Below the pieces are notes generated by a model, which saw only the letters and a program-made list of their open reading frames with translations, was not told where the DNA came from and did not search any database. A DNA stretch of 64,000 bases from the IMG/VR virus record IMGVR_UViG_3300027898_000001; one strand, given 5' to 3'. Position numbers and translations under genes: made by a program. This document shows, piece by piece, positions 15,842-25,363 of this stretch (positions are counted from its first letter, which is position 1; each line of letters begins with the position of its first letter). The DNA is from a virus (Duplodnaviria > Caudoviricetes).

Positions 15842-18595
15842 TTATGTTATTTTTGAAGTGCCGCTGAACGAGAATGCGCTACCGCCATCTGAATTAAATT
15901 CTGATATAGTATCAGTAGTAGGGTAAGTCCACTGCTTATAATCAACATCTGGAAAAGTATCTAGGCTCCGTGGTTGTGGTGAAGTAGGGTCTGCGGCTGC
16001 TTGCTTTTGACTATTGCTACTTCCCATTTTAGCTAAAGTGCCCCAAGATATAGGACCTCTATTCATAGTAATAGCATCAGAGACAGATTCTACAGCATTA
16101 GTTGGTGTGATACGTTGCTTACTCACAGCTTTTTCTAACAATGGTGCTACACCAGAGCGACCGAAGCTAAAATTAAATATCTTCGAGAATCCAGTATCGT
16201 TTTTAGCACCTGTAATACCATCTACTACCTTACCTTTTACTGCCCACTGACTTACATTAATAGATGGTGATAGACCTACAGATTTACCTATCTTTAACAC
16301 ACCACCGAGCGCTTGTTGAAAACCACTCTGTGTTGCCGTAGAATTAGGGTCACCCGCAATAACTTCGTGATTACCAAAAGCCGCAGATAACTTTGGAATC
16401 TTACTCGCAATAGTTTCTACGAGACTACTAGCATCTGTAGGCATACGTGTACCAAAAGTTTTCTGATAAATATTACCACCACCATTCAACAACACTTTCT
16501 TAGGATCTTTATATGTATCTACAAATTTCTTAGCATAATCTACTACGGATTTAGGATGTAACAACACATCTTTAGGAGATAATCCAAACGTGGCCGCTGG
16601 AAACAAAAAGTTTGTACCAAATTTAGATAGGTGGTCTGCTGCGGATATTTTCTCCGCATTTGCAAGTGAACTTGGAATCTTAGAAGGATCAGAAAAATCT
16701 TTTAAGAACACACCACCTTTCAATGGGTCTGTTACAAAACTACCTATATTTATATTACTGCTAGTTGCTGGGGAAACAATACTAGTGTACGGTGTTGTTT
16801 TAAGTTCAGATAATGGATCTTTACCTGAATCTAAAGTAAATCTATCTAACACGGGTTTTTCAATAGGGGTATTTAAAGAATTTAAAGTGTCTTGACTTAG
16901 ACCGTTTAACCCAACACCGTTGAACGCACTATCTCTAGCTTCACCTTGATTCTGTAAAACAGCGTCAATTGAATTATTTGCACTCAATTCTACAACAGAC
17001 GCTGGTATCTTCTTAACAGTAAAAGAGCGATCTGGATTGAAAGCATCTGGCGATATTGTCATAGCGTCTTTCAATCCACTATCACCTTTGTTCACATCAG
17101 CTACTGCCTTAGCTAAATCGTTTTGTGCGACTATAGCTGGACTAGTAGGTGTCAATGAACCTGGTCCACCTAATGGTGTACTAGGTATAGCAGGATTCGT
17201 AGCATCGAAATTACCTAAACCATCCATAAGATTGTTTAACTGATCCGCTTCTGGTAATACATCTTCTTTCTTTCTAACAATGGATTGATTAGTTGGTAAT
17301 GTTGTAGCTTGTGTATTGCCTTGCAACTGAGCTACGCGGTCCGCAGTTAAATCATCGCCCGCATTCGCTTTACCCTTTGCTGCGCCACTAGCGTCTGTAC
17401 CTGTCTTCGCAGCCGCGCCAGTATACACATAGCTGCGGTAAATATCAAATACTTCACTGTAATTAATACCATTTTTAATGCTGATAGTTTTGCCTGCAAT
17501 GATATACTTACCATTGTTAGATACACTGTCCACATCCAAAATACCTACGGCATCTTTCTGCACATATTCTATAGTATCAAATTCAGTTAAAGTAGTGAAT
17601 TGGTTAGTCAATACACGAAGACGTTCGGAGAATAAACCTAATCCTCGAATGTTTTGATAAATTGCTTGCTCATAGTCTTTATGTATATTGCTATGCGGAT
17701 GCGGTTCTGTACCATGATCGAATCCTACATAGTTTACACGAGCTGGACCTTCTAATTGATCTTTAACTTTAGCGTTTACTGGTAATGCTGGACCAAATGT
17801 AGGCGCATCCATACCATCAATTACAGGAGGTGAAGCATCTTCTAATGTATGACCATGTTGCACTTGACCGTAGTTGACCCAATGTGTCATCAGACCACCA
17901 GTGCTATTCTCTTTCATTTCACGTAATTGGTAAATTGGAGCTGTTTTGCCGCTAGCATCTGTATTTAGTGCAAATGTAGCAACAGGATCTTTCTTCATTA
18001 ACGCGAATAAATCCTTATACTTAAATACACCGTCAGTAGTCAACACTTTAGACATACAACTAGTTTCACTGGCGTAGCCGCGCATAACAATATCTTCTGC
18101 AAAACTACAACGTGTGGTATTCACGTTCAACCAATTCATGTTGTCATCCGTACCACCTTCTGGACCATCAAACTTCAAATCACTCTTAGCAACCATATTA
18201 GCCAATGCTTGGTCAGACGTTGCACGATAACTTTCACAGTAAACACTAGTACACCATTTAGGCGCATCAAATATACAAACAACTTTGATTTGAGGACCAT
18301 CAGAGTGTATTTCGCGCTTTACGCTCCACACACGAAACGATTTGGGTACCTTTTTATCTAAAATGCCATCACGTACTACAGTTATAGTGATTTTAGTACC
18401 TTCAACAAGGTTCATATCACGTTGTAAGTGCCCACCCTGATCCTGCAAAAACATAGTCAGAGTAGGCACGACAATACCCAAGCCACTGTGAATCAGTACC
18501 TGTATAATCAAGTTTGGGCTCGGTTGTGATTTTTGATCGTCAATTTCTATTTCACAATAGACAATCTTAGAAACGTGAATAACATTAAGAGACAT
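15842..18595 (-). CDS. baseplate hub-like structural protein with long low-complexity C-terminal region
   Basis: 917 aa; position after a gp53-like gene; N-terminal ~390 aa resembles gp27/VgrG-type hub organisation. Confidence 0.5.
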   Translation of the reverse strand: MSLNVIHVSKIVYCEIEIDDQKSQPSPNLIIQVLIHSGLGIVVPTLTMFLQDQGGHLQRDMNLVEGTKITITVVRDGILDKKVPKSFRVWSVKREIHSDGPQIKVVCIFDAPKWCTSVYCESYRATSDQALANMVAKSDLKFDGPEGGTDDNMNWLNVNTTRCSFAEDIVMRGYASETSCMSKVLTTDGVFKYKDLFALMKKDPVATFALNTDASGKTAPIYQLREMKENSTGGLMTHWVNYGQVQHGHTLEDASPPVIDGMDAPTFGPALPVNAKVKDQLEGPARVNYVGFDHGTEPHPHSNIHKDYEQAIYQNIRGLGLFSERLRVLTNQFTTLTEFDTIEYVQKDAVGILDVDSVSNNGKYIIAGKTISIKNGINYSEVFDIYRSYVYTGAAAKTGTDASGAAKGKANAGDDLTADRVAQLQGNTQATTLPTNQSIVRKKEDVLPEADQLNNLMDGLGNFDATNPAIPSTPLGGPGSLTPTSPAIVAQNDLAKAVADVNKGDSGLKDAMTISPDAFNPDRSFTVKKIPASVVELSANNSIDAVLQNQGEARDSAFNGVGLNGLSQDTLNSLNTPIEKPVLDRFTLDSGKDPLSELKTTPYTSIVSPATSSNINIGSFVTDPLKGGVFLKDFSDPSKIPSSLANAEKISAADHLSKFGTNFLFPAATFGLSPKDVLLHPKSVVDYAKKFVDTYKDPKKVLLNGGGNIYQKTFGTRMPTDASSLVETIASKIPKLSAAFGNHEVIAGDPNSTATQSGFQQALGGVLKIGKSVGLSPSINVSQWAVKGKVVDGITGAKNDTGFSKIFNFSFGRSGVAPLLEKAVSKQRITPTNAVESVSDAITMNRGPISWGTLAKMGSSNSQKQAAADPTSPQPRSLDTFPDVDYKQWTYPTTDTISEFNSDGGSAFSFSGTSKIT

Positions 18596-18596
18596 A

Positions 18597-18917
18597 TTAA
18601 ATCCTAGTCGTTTTCTGCACGTTATTTAACTTAGCTAGAGCTGAGGTTAATTCATTAACATTAGGTATCATAATACGCATACCAGTTTTTAATTGGAAGT
18701 TGTCGGCGATCTTATTGTAAGCCAGTATTGCCCACCATAAATCGGTAGTGTTGTAACAAATATCAGAGATTAGCGCTGCATTGGCTTCAGTCATAGAATC
18801 TACAGTGTAATACTGGTAATTATTTACACTGTAGACAGCATCGAAACTACGGTCACGCAATGGATCCATTCCCAACTCATCTACTACAACGTAATCAATT
18901 CTCTGGGTCGCACTCAT
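18597..18917 (-). CDS. baseplate wedge / LysM-like protein (T4 gp53-like)
   Basis: LISDICYNTTDLWWAILAYNKI...LKTGMRIMIP. Confidence 0.7.
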   Translation of the reverse strand: MSATQRIDYVVVDELGMDPLRDRSFDAVYSVNNYQYYTVDSMTEANAALISDICYNTTDLWWAILAYNKIADNFQLKTGMRIMIPNVNELTSALAKLNNVQKTTRI

Positions 18918-18918
18918 A

Positions 18919-19611
18919 TTATGCACTCGCTAGTTTAGATCGGAAGAAACCGTCAATATCTTTACGTGATACTGTCCAGAATGAAGTGGCACTCACTGTG
19001 ATTGTAGCATTCATAGGAGCACCTTTCTGACCCATCTGTGTATCAAAATCACAAGATACATCATCAATAACACAAGGGGTCATGGTAAAGAAATCACCGA
19101 TGCGAATTGTGATTAAATCACCACTACTTTGATCCCATGCAGTATATGCAGTGTTGAGTGTTGGTCCAGGTGCGTGTAAGAATCCAGCAGCATCTTCTGT
19201 AGGAGCTACCAACTTCATCATATCACGCATGTTTTTCAAAACATCATTCACTTCGTCTTCTTGTGCGAACAGTACAAATGGAATGGCTATTTTTAACATA
19301 GAGCCACCTTCCCATACCGCGCTACTTAAATACTTGTTACGCGATGTGACACCTGTTGCAGCGGTAGCGAACTGACCAGCTGCACTACCAACACGACCAG
19401 CCATATCTTGCAAGGGTGCTGCAAATGGATTATCCCAATTTGAAGATAACTGAAACTGATAATTCTTGGGAAGTGGTGTAGTGATATCTATAATACGATT
19501 GCCGCCAGTAGTAGCTGTCAACTGTGCGGTATAGGCTCGATGTACACCAGCTGTAACAGCATTCTTTGACGCCTTTGGTGGTGTCGCAGTACCTTGATTA
19601 GTCGAAGCCAT
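18919..19611 (-). CDS. baseplate tail-tube initiator/cap-like protein
   Basis: Position between tape measure and gp53-like genes; PCVIDDVSCDF...PMNATITV beta pattern. Confidence 0.5.
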   Translation of the reverse strand: MASTNQGTATPPKASKNAVTAGVHRAYTAQLTATTGGNRIIDITTPLPKNYQFQLSSNWDNPFAAPLQDMAGRVGSAAGQFATAATGVTSRNKYLSSAVWEGGSMLKIAIPFVLFAQEDEVNDVLKNMRDMMKLVAPTEDAAGFLHAPGPTLNTAYTAWDQSSGDLITIRIGDFFTMTPCVIDDVSCDFDTQMGQKGAPMNATITVSATSFWTVSRKDIDGFFRSKLASA

Positions 19612-22481
19612 TATATAATCCCCATATTAAGCAGACCTAAGCCATTATCGTGTGCAGCATGCGGTACGTCATCAATACGAGTAGTGTTGTTTGCTACTGG
19701 TACAGGCACAGTGCCTACTTTAATGCCAAGATCAGCTTTGGCTTTATCTGTAGAGCGTACACGTTCAATAGATGTATCTGGTGCGTTGTTTGTAATAACT
19801 TGTTTCGTTGGTGAATACGTAGCACGAACAGGTGGTGTTTCATTAACAGCTTTAGCGCTAGATACAACAGGGCCTGGTTGTGATATACTACCCATAGGTG
19901 CAGGTACTGAACTACCTTGCGTCACTTGTGGCCTAGCAAGCATCATAGGTGGTGTGCCAGATACTGTCGGGCTCGCAGGTGCTGTGGAGCTTTGTGGTGC
20001 ATTTGTCGATTGCGGTTGTACTAATAACATGCTAGGATTAAAACTGCCACCAGCTGGTGTTGCACCTGGAGTATTTGTAGTAACATTACTAGCACCACCA
20101 CCAAACAAGGACTGTAGAAAACTTTGAGTCTCTGGATTGTTATCTTTCAGAATGTTTTTAAATGCAGCCTCAAAAGCTGTTTGAATAGCAGTAGCAAGCA
20201 CTTCAACATCACGAGGCACATCACCAGATGTTCTCATTGTCTCTGTAGACTTAGCGGCTAAAGCAGAAGTAGTACCATTTACAATAGGCTCTGCTTTCTT
20301 TTCAGTGTCTGTCTTTTTATCTGAACCAAAATAATCTAAGGCAGATGCAGCAAGTGCACCGCCAGGTATAAATGGTAACGCACCCATTGCAACATTCTTA
20401 GCATTTGTACCTATACTATTATTCTTAGCGCGACCCCATGCACCCCCATCACTCTTAGGATCATTCTCATCACCGAATGCCCATGTTCTAGCACCATGTG
20501 TGAGTTTTTCTCCACCATAATAACCAACGGCACCACCGACTAAACCACCTATAGCAGTACCGACAACAGGCACAACTGAACCTATTGCGGCACCTGTAGC
20601 TGCACCAGCTGCTGCGCCAGCTGTACCACCACCTAGATCGACTAAACTACCAGTCTTCTGTGCTGTAGTGGCTTTATCATCGTTGACAATATTATACGCA
20701 TCATACGCAGTCATCGCAGCACCAACAAATGGTAATGCTTTTCCGAAACCCCTACCTACCGATTTAACACCACTACGTATTGCACCTGTTTTAGCTGCAC
20801 CTTCAGCCGCCATAGGCGTAGCAGATGTTTCTACAGTAGCACGGGGTGCAGACTCTACCGCAGTTGCTCTAGCTTCGGCTTGGGGTTTCACTTCTGTGAA
20901 TTCCGCATCTACAGCAGCACCGAATGGGGAATTAGCGGCTACCGTAGGTGAAGGTAGACCCATGCGTTCAGGTATGTTTGAAGTTCTAGGAGCTGCTGGG
21001 GTAATAGGTGCGCGTACAGATTCAGATGTTAATGGTGAAGTGGATTTACCTATATCAGAAGCAGATATAATTTCAGGAGGTGCAGAACCTAAAGATGAAA
21101 CAGTGGGCTTCTTACCCATTAAATGATCTGTCATCTTATCGCCATAATAAGCAGCGGCACCGAATGCTGTAGCAGCGACTAGACCATTTCTTACACCGTG
21201 TTCTGAACTAGATACATTTGTACCATTTGATGTTACACTCTGCATAGCATCTGTAGATATAGGAACACCTTTAGCTTTCATGGCATCATAAATATCTTTG
21301 TTGTCTGTCTTAACAGCAGACTCCGCTGTCATTACACCAGAACGAACAGCTTCTTGTTGTATAGCATTTAAAGGAAAGCCTGTTTCTGGATGTGCAATAA
21401 AGCCTTGTGATTCAGAAATCTGTGTACGGAGTTTTCGTAAATCTTCACCAGCTAATGGTGGAAGACCTGATTGTATACGTTGATTTTGGTACTCACGCTC
21501 ATCTGTAGATATTTTTGAGTTAGTATCAGCATTATCTACGGCTTCTTCACCTTTACCCATTAAATACGATGTACCTGCAGCCGCTGCTGTGCCTAATGCA
21601 AGAACAGTACCTAGTTTACCTTTGGCACCATGTTCACCATGCAGAGCATCAGTAACAACAGTTTTTAAACCGGAAGCTTTCTCTGTTATTGCATCTTTGG
21701 CACCAGACAACTTACCACCAATCTTACCAAAAATACCTTTTTCTTCTTCCAATGGTGGTGTTTTAGGACGACCGCCATGACCTTCTTCCTCCAAAGCACC
21801 GGGTCTAGCTTTTTCTCTTAAGTGTTCTTCTTCCTCTAAAGAACCTGATTTAAACTTGCCTTTACCTCGTATCTTGTCATACACACCTTTAGCTTTCGCC
21901 ATTAGTGCTGCACCTAACAAAGAATCGACTAAACTACCAATGCTGCCAAACACATCATGTTTAGGATCTTTAGGATTGCCATCAACTGAATGTGTATCTA
22001 AACCGTATGGAGTTCTTGCTTGTGTAATAGATTTAGGTGCAGTTTTCTCATCCTTAAGAAGTTTATAAATTTCAGAAGCGCTCTCATTCAACTTAACCAT
22101 TTTCTGATCTAGTGAGTGAAGCTGACTTACTTGAACAGCATTAAACTTTTTATCTTGGTCTTTCTGTGTAGACAACGATTGAACAACTGCATGATTATCT
22201 ATGTTAGCATCATGGGCTATTACAGATAACTTATCAGTGATCGCTTTCACAGGAGTAGTTTGCGAAACACTACTAGATTTTACTTCTGCTTTTTTGGCAT
22301 CGACTGCCACTTCTTTGGCTGTAGATACTTCACCCTTAGCTTTTACCTTACTAGGAAGTTTACCACCAAAGCCTTCATCGTCATTTGCGGAAGATGATAC
22401 AGGTTTAGTTTCAACAAGTTCATTCTCTACATCAGGCTTATATTTGTTTGCTAATAGCTGTAATGCTTTACCTTCTGCCAT
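19611..22481 (-). CDS. tape measure / baseplate hub (gp29-like) protein
   Basis: Gly/Ala-rich with glycine-zipper GAAAGAATGAAIGSVVPVVGTAIGGLVGG; follows the tube and chaperone genes. Confidence 0.6.
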   Translation of the reverse strand: MAEGKALQLLANKYKPDVENELVETKPVSSSANDDEGFGGKLPSKVKAKGEVSTAKEVAVDAKKAEVKSSSVSQTTPVKAITDKLSVIAHDANIDNHAVVQSLSTQKDQDKKFNAVQVSQLHSLDQKMVKLNESASEIYKLLKDEKTAPKSITQARTPYGLDTHSVDGNPKDPKHDVFGSIGSLVDSLLGAALMAKAKGVYDKIRGKGKFKSGSLEEEEHLREKARPGALEEEGHGGRPKTPPLEEEKGIFGKIGGKLSGAKDAITEKASGLKTVVTDALHGEHGAKGKLGTVLALGTAAAAGTSYLMGKGEEAVDNADTNSKISTDEREYQNQRIQSGLPPLAGEDLRKLRTQISESQGFIAHPETGFPLNAIQQEAVRSGVMTAESAVKTDNKDIYDAMKAKGVPISTDAMQSVTSNGTNVSSSEHGVRNGLVAATAFGAAAYYGDKMTDHLMGKKPTVSSLGSAPPEIISASDIGKSTSPLTSESVRAPITPAAPRTSNIPERMGLPSPTVAANSPFGAAVDAEFTEVKPQAEARATAVESAPRATVETSATPMAAEGAAKTGAIRSGVKSVGRGFGKALPFVGAAMTAYDAYNIVNDDKATTAQKTGSLVDLGGGTAGAAAGAATGAAIGSVVPVVGTAIGGLVGGAVGYYGGEKLTHGARTWAFGDENDPKSDGGAWGRAKNNSIGTNAKNVAMGALPFIPGGALAASALDYFGSDKKTDTEKKAEPIVNGTTSALAAKSTETMRTSGDVPRDVEVLATAIQTAFEAAFKNILKDNNPETQSFLQSLFGGGASNVTTNTPGATPAGGSFNPSMLLVQPQSTNAPQSSTAPASPTVSGTPPMMLARPQVTQGSSVPAPMGSISQPGPVVSSAKAVNETPPVRATYSPTKQVITNNAPDTSIERVRSTDKAKADLGIKVGTVPVPVANNTTRIDDVPHAAHDNGLGLLNMGII

Positions 22482-23436
22482 ACTTATTACCCCGCACTGC
22501 TTTGTCGAGTCTGCGTTTTTCCTCATCTTCTTTGCGATCTTTGACTAAACAACTATTATGATAAAGTAATTGTTTAACCAACATGTTTTCATTTGGCTGT
22601 AAACCAAATTCAGCAAGTAAGGAGTATTGAATGTCAAGAATGTTTTTATCCGAATTATCTGCAAAGAATGTGGTGAAATTCACATTCTGTCTGTACGTAG
22701 TTTTATAGCCACAGTTACGACACCGTAGTGGGAGCATTTCATAAACACCATGATAGTGCTCTTTCGATACACGCATTAACTCAACAAACTGTTCTGTAGA
22801 TAACACATCTAACGCCACTAACTTTTCTTCCAATGTATTGCCAGCTTTTACCCATCTTGCATACTCGGCCATTTGTGCGTCTTCAGGACATTCTTTGCGT
22901 ATATCATTTAGCTCTTGCAATGTCCCAACACGAGGAAAGTCCATGAAGCTAGGTAGAGAATCGAAGTCATCCTCTAACGAAGTGATACGCATTGCAGCAT
23001 TGTTGATAAGTTCGTTTGTTTCCCAACCACAGGTTCCGTATTCCAGTCCCTGATAAGCCATGTCTTCATGTGAAACTCCTGTAACAACACCATCATCACC
23101 GCCTATCTTTCGCATAACAGTGTTCGCACAAGTCCAGCGTACAAATGTAGGACTTTCAGGATAACTACTACGTCTAAGCCATGCAAGTAGAAACGTGAAG
23201 TCACCATCTGTAAGAACATTAACATCCACGCTAGAGCAAGCATTAACCGCGCGGGTTAGATGGAATATACCACGAGGGGAATTAGCTGTAAGGTGTATAA
23301 GAGGTAATTCAGTTAGACGAAAAGGTCTTAAATAGATCTCTCTAAGATCTATATCACGATATGCAAAATAACCTGTAGGCAAATCACCTATGTTTTGATA
23401 ATTAGGATCGGTTGTAAATCTTTTATCAGTTACCAT
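22468..23436 (-). CDS. baseplate/tail assembly chaperone (gp26-like), paralogue 2
   Basis: LTDGDFTFLLAWLR, DFPR, ARWVKAGNTLEEK, HGV, CxxC shared with the upstream paralogue. Confidence 0.6.
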   Translation of the reverse strand: MVTDKRFTTDPNYQNIGDLPTGYFAYRDIDLREIYLRPFRLTELPLIHLTANSPRGIFHLTRAVNACSSVDVNVLTDGDFTFLLAWLRRSSYPESPTFVRWTCANTVMRKIGGDDGVVTGVSHEDMAYQGLEYGTCGWETNELINNAAMRITSLEDDFDSLPSFMDFPRVGTLQELNDIRKECPEDAQMAEYARWVKAGNTLEEKLVALDVLSTEQFVELMRVSKEHYHGVYEMLPLRCRNCGYKTTYRQNVNFTTFFADNSDKNILDIQYSLLAEFGLQPNENMLVKQLLYHNSCLVKDRKEDEEKRRLDKAVRGNKYGRR

Positions 23437-23458
23437 TACAGGTTGTTGTATAGGTGCA

Positions 23459-24241
23459 TTACACTCGGAAGAACAGGTCGGCTGTGATTTCGAACTTTGA
23501 AATGTGTTTTTGATTGCAGCGAGTACAGTTTTTAGCAACATAGCGTTTCACACCATGAGAATGAGTTAAGTTTGCTTTTAATGCGGCTTCGGCTAAGTCC
23601 ATAGGACTATTTTCGAGTATCGCAAACTTCTCTTCTAAGGTAGTACCTTCACGTATCCAGCGAGCCGCTTCAACTAGGTTCAAACGCTCAGGGTCTTTAC
23701 GCATTCTATTAGCATCAGAACTAGTTAGCATTCTAGGAAAATCTAAACGCGCATCTAATACGTCTTCTGTTAGGATCTTTAAATCCAAATCAGGTAATGC
23801 AATGCCAATAGAGTTATCTGTCTCGCAATATATTGCTTCAACTACTAGAAAGTCCGGATTTTGTAAATCTGATTTTTCTGCATCTGTGGCTGCAATATAT
23901 TTTTCAGTTAATTCTTTAAGATCTTCTGAGGTGAAAATTCTATTCAAACCAGTTGTTTCTTTCCAAAGTATATTATCACAAATCCATTGAGCAACCAAGT
24001 TATCTTTTGAATAACCCACTATTCGCTGATAAGCTAGTAGATAATGGAAGTCGCCATCTGTGAGCTGTCTGGAGTCTATGGAGAGCACTTCCGATAGCGC
24101 ATCCAACGTGGGTTCCATAGAAGCTAGAGCAACCGCTTTAGATAGCTTTTTTAGCTGTTTTACCCCAAACATGTCCATTTCTATATGACGCATGTTATAG
24201 GGTACCATACGACTTGGTAGAACATCTGATCCAAATTTCAT
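23459..24241 (-). CDS. baseplate/tail assembly chaperone (gp26-like), paralogue 1
   Basis: LPSRMVPY, LTDGDFHYLLAYQR, DFPR, ARWIREGTTLEEK, HGV, CTRC. Confidence 0.6.
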   Translation of the reverse strand: MKFGSDVLPSRMVPYNMRHIEMDMFGVKQLKKLSKAVALASMEPTLDALSEVLSIDSRQLTDGDFHYLLAYQRIVGYSKDNLVAQWICDNILWKETTGLNRIFTSEDLKELTEKYIAATDAEKSDLQNPDFLVVEAIYCETDNSIGIALPDLDLKILTEDVLDARLDFPRMLTSSDANRMRKDPERLNLVEAARWIREGTTLEEKFAILENSPMDLAEAALKANLTHSHGVKRYVAKNCTRCNQKHISKFEITADLFFRV

Positions 24242-24257
24242 AAAATCACCGTTTGTG

Positions 24258-24761
24258 TTATTTAATGTCTTGATCGTCTACGGAAAAGTTTTGTTGTATC
24301 CGTATACGACTGTTATCTGTGTATGTCAAATCGAATTGACCTCTAGCTGCTGGCCATATACCTTTTAACGTAGCTGTAAGTATCGTGTTGTTGCCTTGAT
24401 CTAACAGCGCTACTGGTACATCACGTTTGTAACTGGCTGGAAGATAGTACAGTCCTGTATCAGGATTGCGAATTGCTTTTCTCCAAGCTTCTAACCATAG
24501 TGTAGTAGTTAGATTTTTATCTTCATAGAAAGTAATATCTGTAGCAGTAATATTTTGAAATCCTGGAAAATAAAGATAACTACCTGCTATGAATACTTCT
24601 TGTTCTATGTTTGTATTGTAGAACGGTAAGTTGACAGCTTCTACATACTCTCGTGGCAAAGTTATACCGCCAAAAGATGGTAACGCCAGAACTACCCATT
24701 TGAATGACAATAGCGGGTCAGGCATTTTATTAACTAAATCAAAGCTAACTAATTCATCCAT
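24258..24761 (-). CDS. tail tube protein (gp19-like), copy 2
   Basis: DPLLSFKW, ITFYED, WLEAWRKAI, YKRD, LKGIWP, FSVD tube motifs. Confidence 0.8.
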   Translation of the reverse strand: MDELVSFDLVNKMPDPLLSFKWVVLALPSFGGITLPREYVEAVNLPFYNTNIEQEVFIAGSYLYFPGFQNITATDITFYEDKNLTTTLWLEAWRKAIRNPDTGLYYLPASYKRDVPVALLDQGNNTILTATLKGIWPAARGQFDLTYTDNSRIRIQQNFSVDDQDIK

Positions 24762-24776
24762 AGCACACACCAATAA

Positions 24777-24812
24777 AAAAGGTTACGTAACCGCTAAGCC
24801 ACGTAACCTTTT
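24777..24812. terminator. hairpin/terminator between the two tube genes
   Basis: AAAAGGTTACGT-12 nt-ACGTAACCTTTT perfect 12-bp inverted repeat. Confidence 0.65.
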
Positions 24813-24836
24813 GCGCGCGGCTTATTGCCGATGATA

Positions 24837-25346
24837 TTAACGGATACGTTTGTACACGTCAAATTTGAAAGTAGTGGATAGTGTGATAATACCACCACCA
24901 GCACCATCAAATGATTCTTCAGGAACTTCAGACACCCAGCAGTTTTTAATCTCATACTGTGCAGCAACAGAACCATCTTGTTGATACATAGTCATGGTAC
25001 CAGTAACTGCGTAATCTGCTTTGAATGAACCGTGCTGTGTATCTGTAGCACGAATCTTCTCAGCCCAATCTTCAAGCATCTTCGCCATTTCACCTTTAGA
25101 GTTCTCAATGATTTCTAAGGTGAAAGAGTTTGAGAAAGTTTTACGTGCGGCATGCATGGTCTTATGACCAAACAATTCCACTTCAACTTCCGCTAATGTA
25201 ACACCAGGCTTAACCGCAGTCTTACATTGTACGGTCATCTGACGAACACTACCACCACCAGGAATCGAGGCAAAGGTAAAATCGAAGTTGTCATTTAACA
25301 TTGGATCTTTGACGTTAAGCACGTCATCAAGCGTTGGCTTAGGCAT
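24837..25346 (-). CDS. tail tube protein (gp19-like), copy 1
   Basis: DPMLNDNFDF, FTLEIIE, LEDW, YEIKNCWV, FKFD; directly after the sheath. Confidence 0.85.
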   Translation of the reverse strand: MPKPTLDDVLNVKDPMLNDNFDFTFASIPGGGSVRQMTVQCKTAVKPGVTLAEVEVELFGHKTMHAARKTFSNSFTLEIIENSKGEMAKMLEDWAEKIRATDTQHGSFKADYAVTGTMTMYQQDGSVAAQYEIKNCWVSEVPEESFDGAGGGIITLSTTFKFDVYKRIR

Positions 25347-25363
25347 AATCAACTCCGAAAATA

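Noticed and set aside
19594-22548. Several plus-strand ORFs of 60-177 aa over the tape-measure gene (similar ones over sheath, fibre and ligase genes)
   Set aside because: Fully antisense to long, well-supported genes; expected from codon bias.
22468-24241. Programmed frameshift joining the two tail-chaperone paralogues
   Set aside because: Each is a full-length paralogue with its own start and a 22-nt gap, and I saw no convincing slippery heptamer at the junction.
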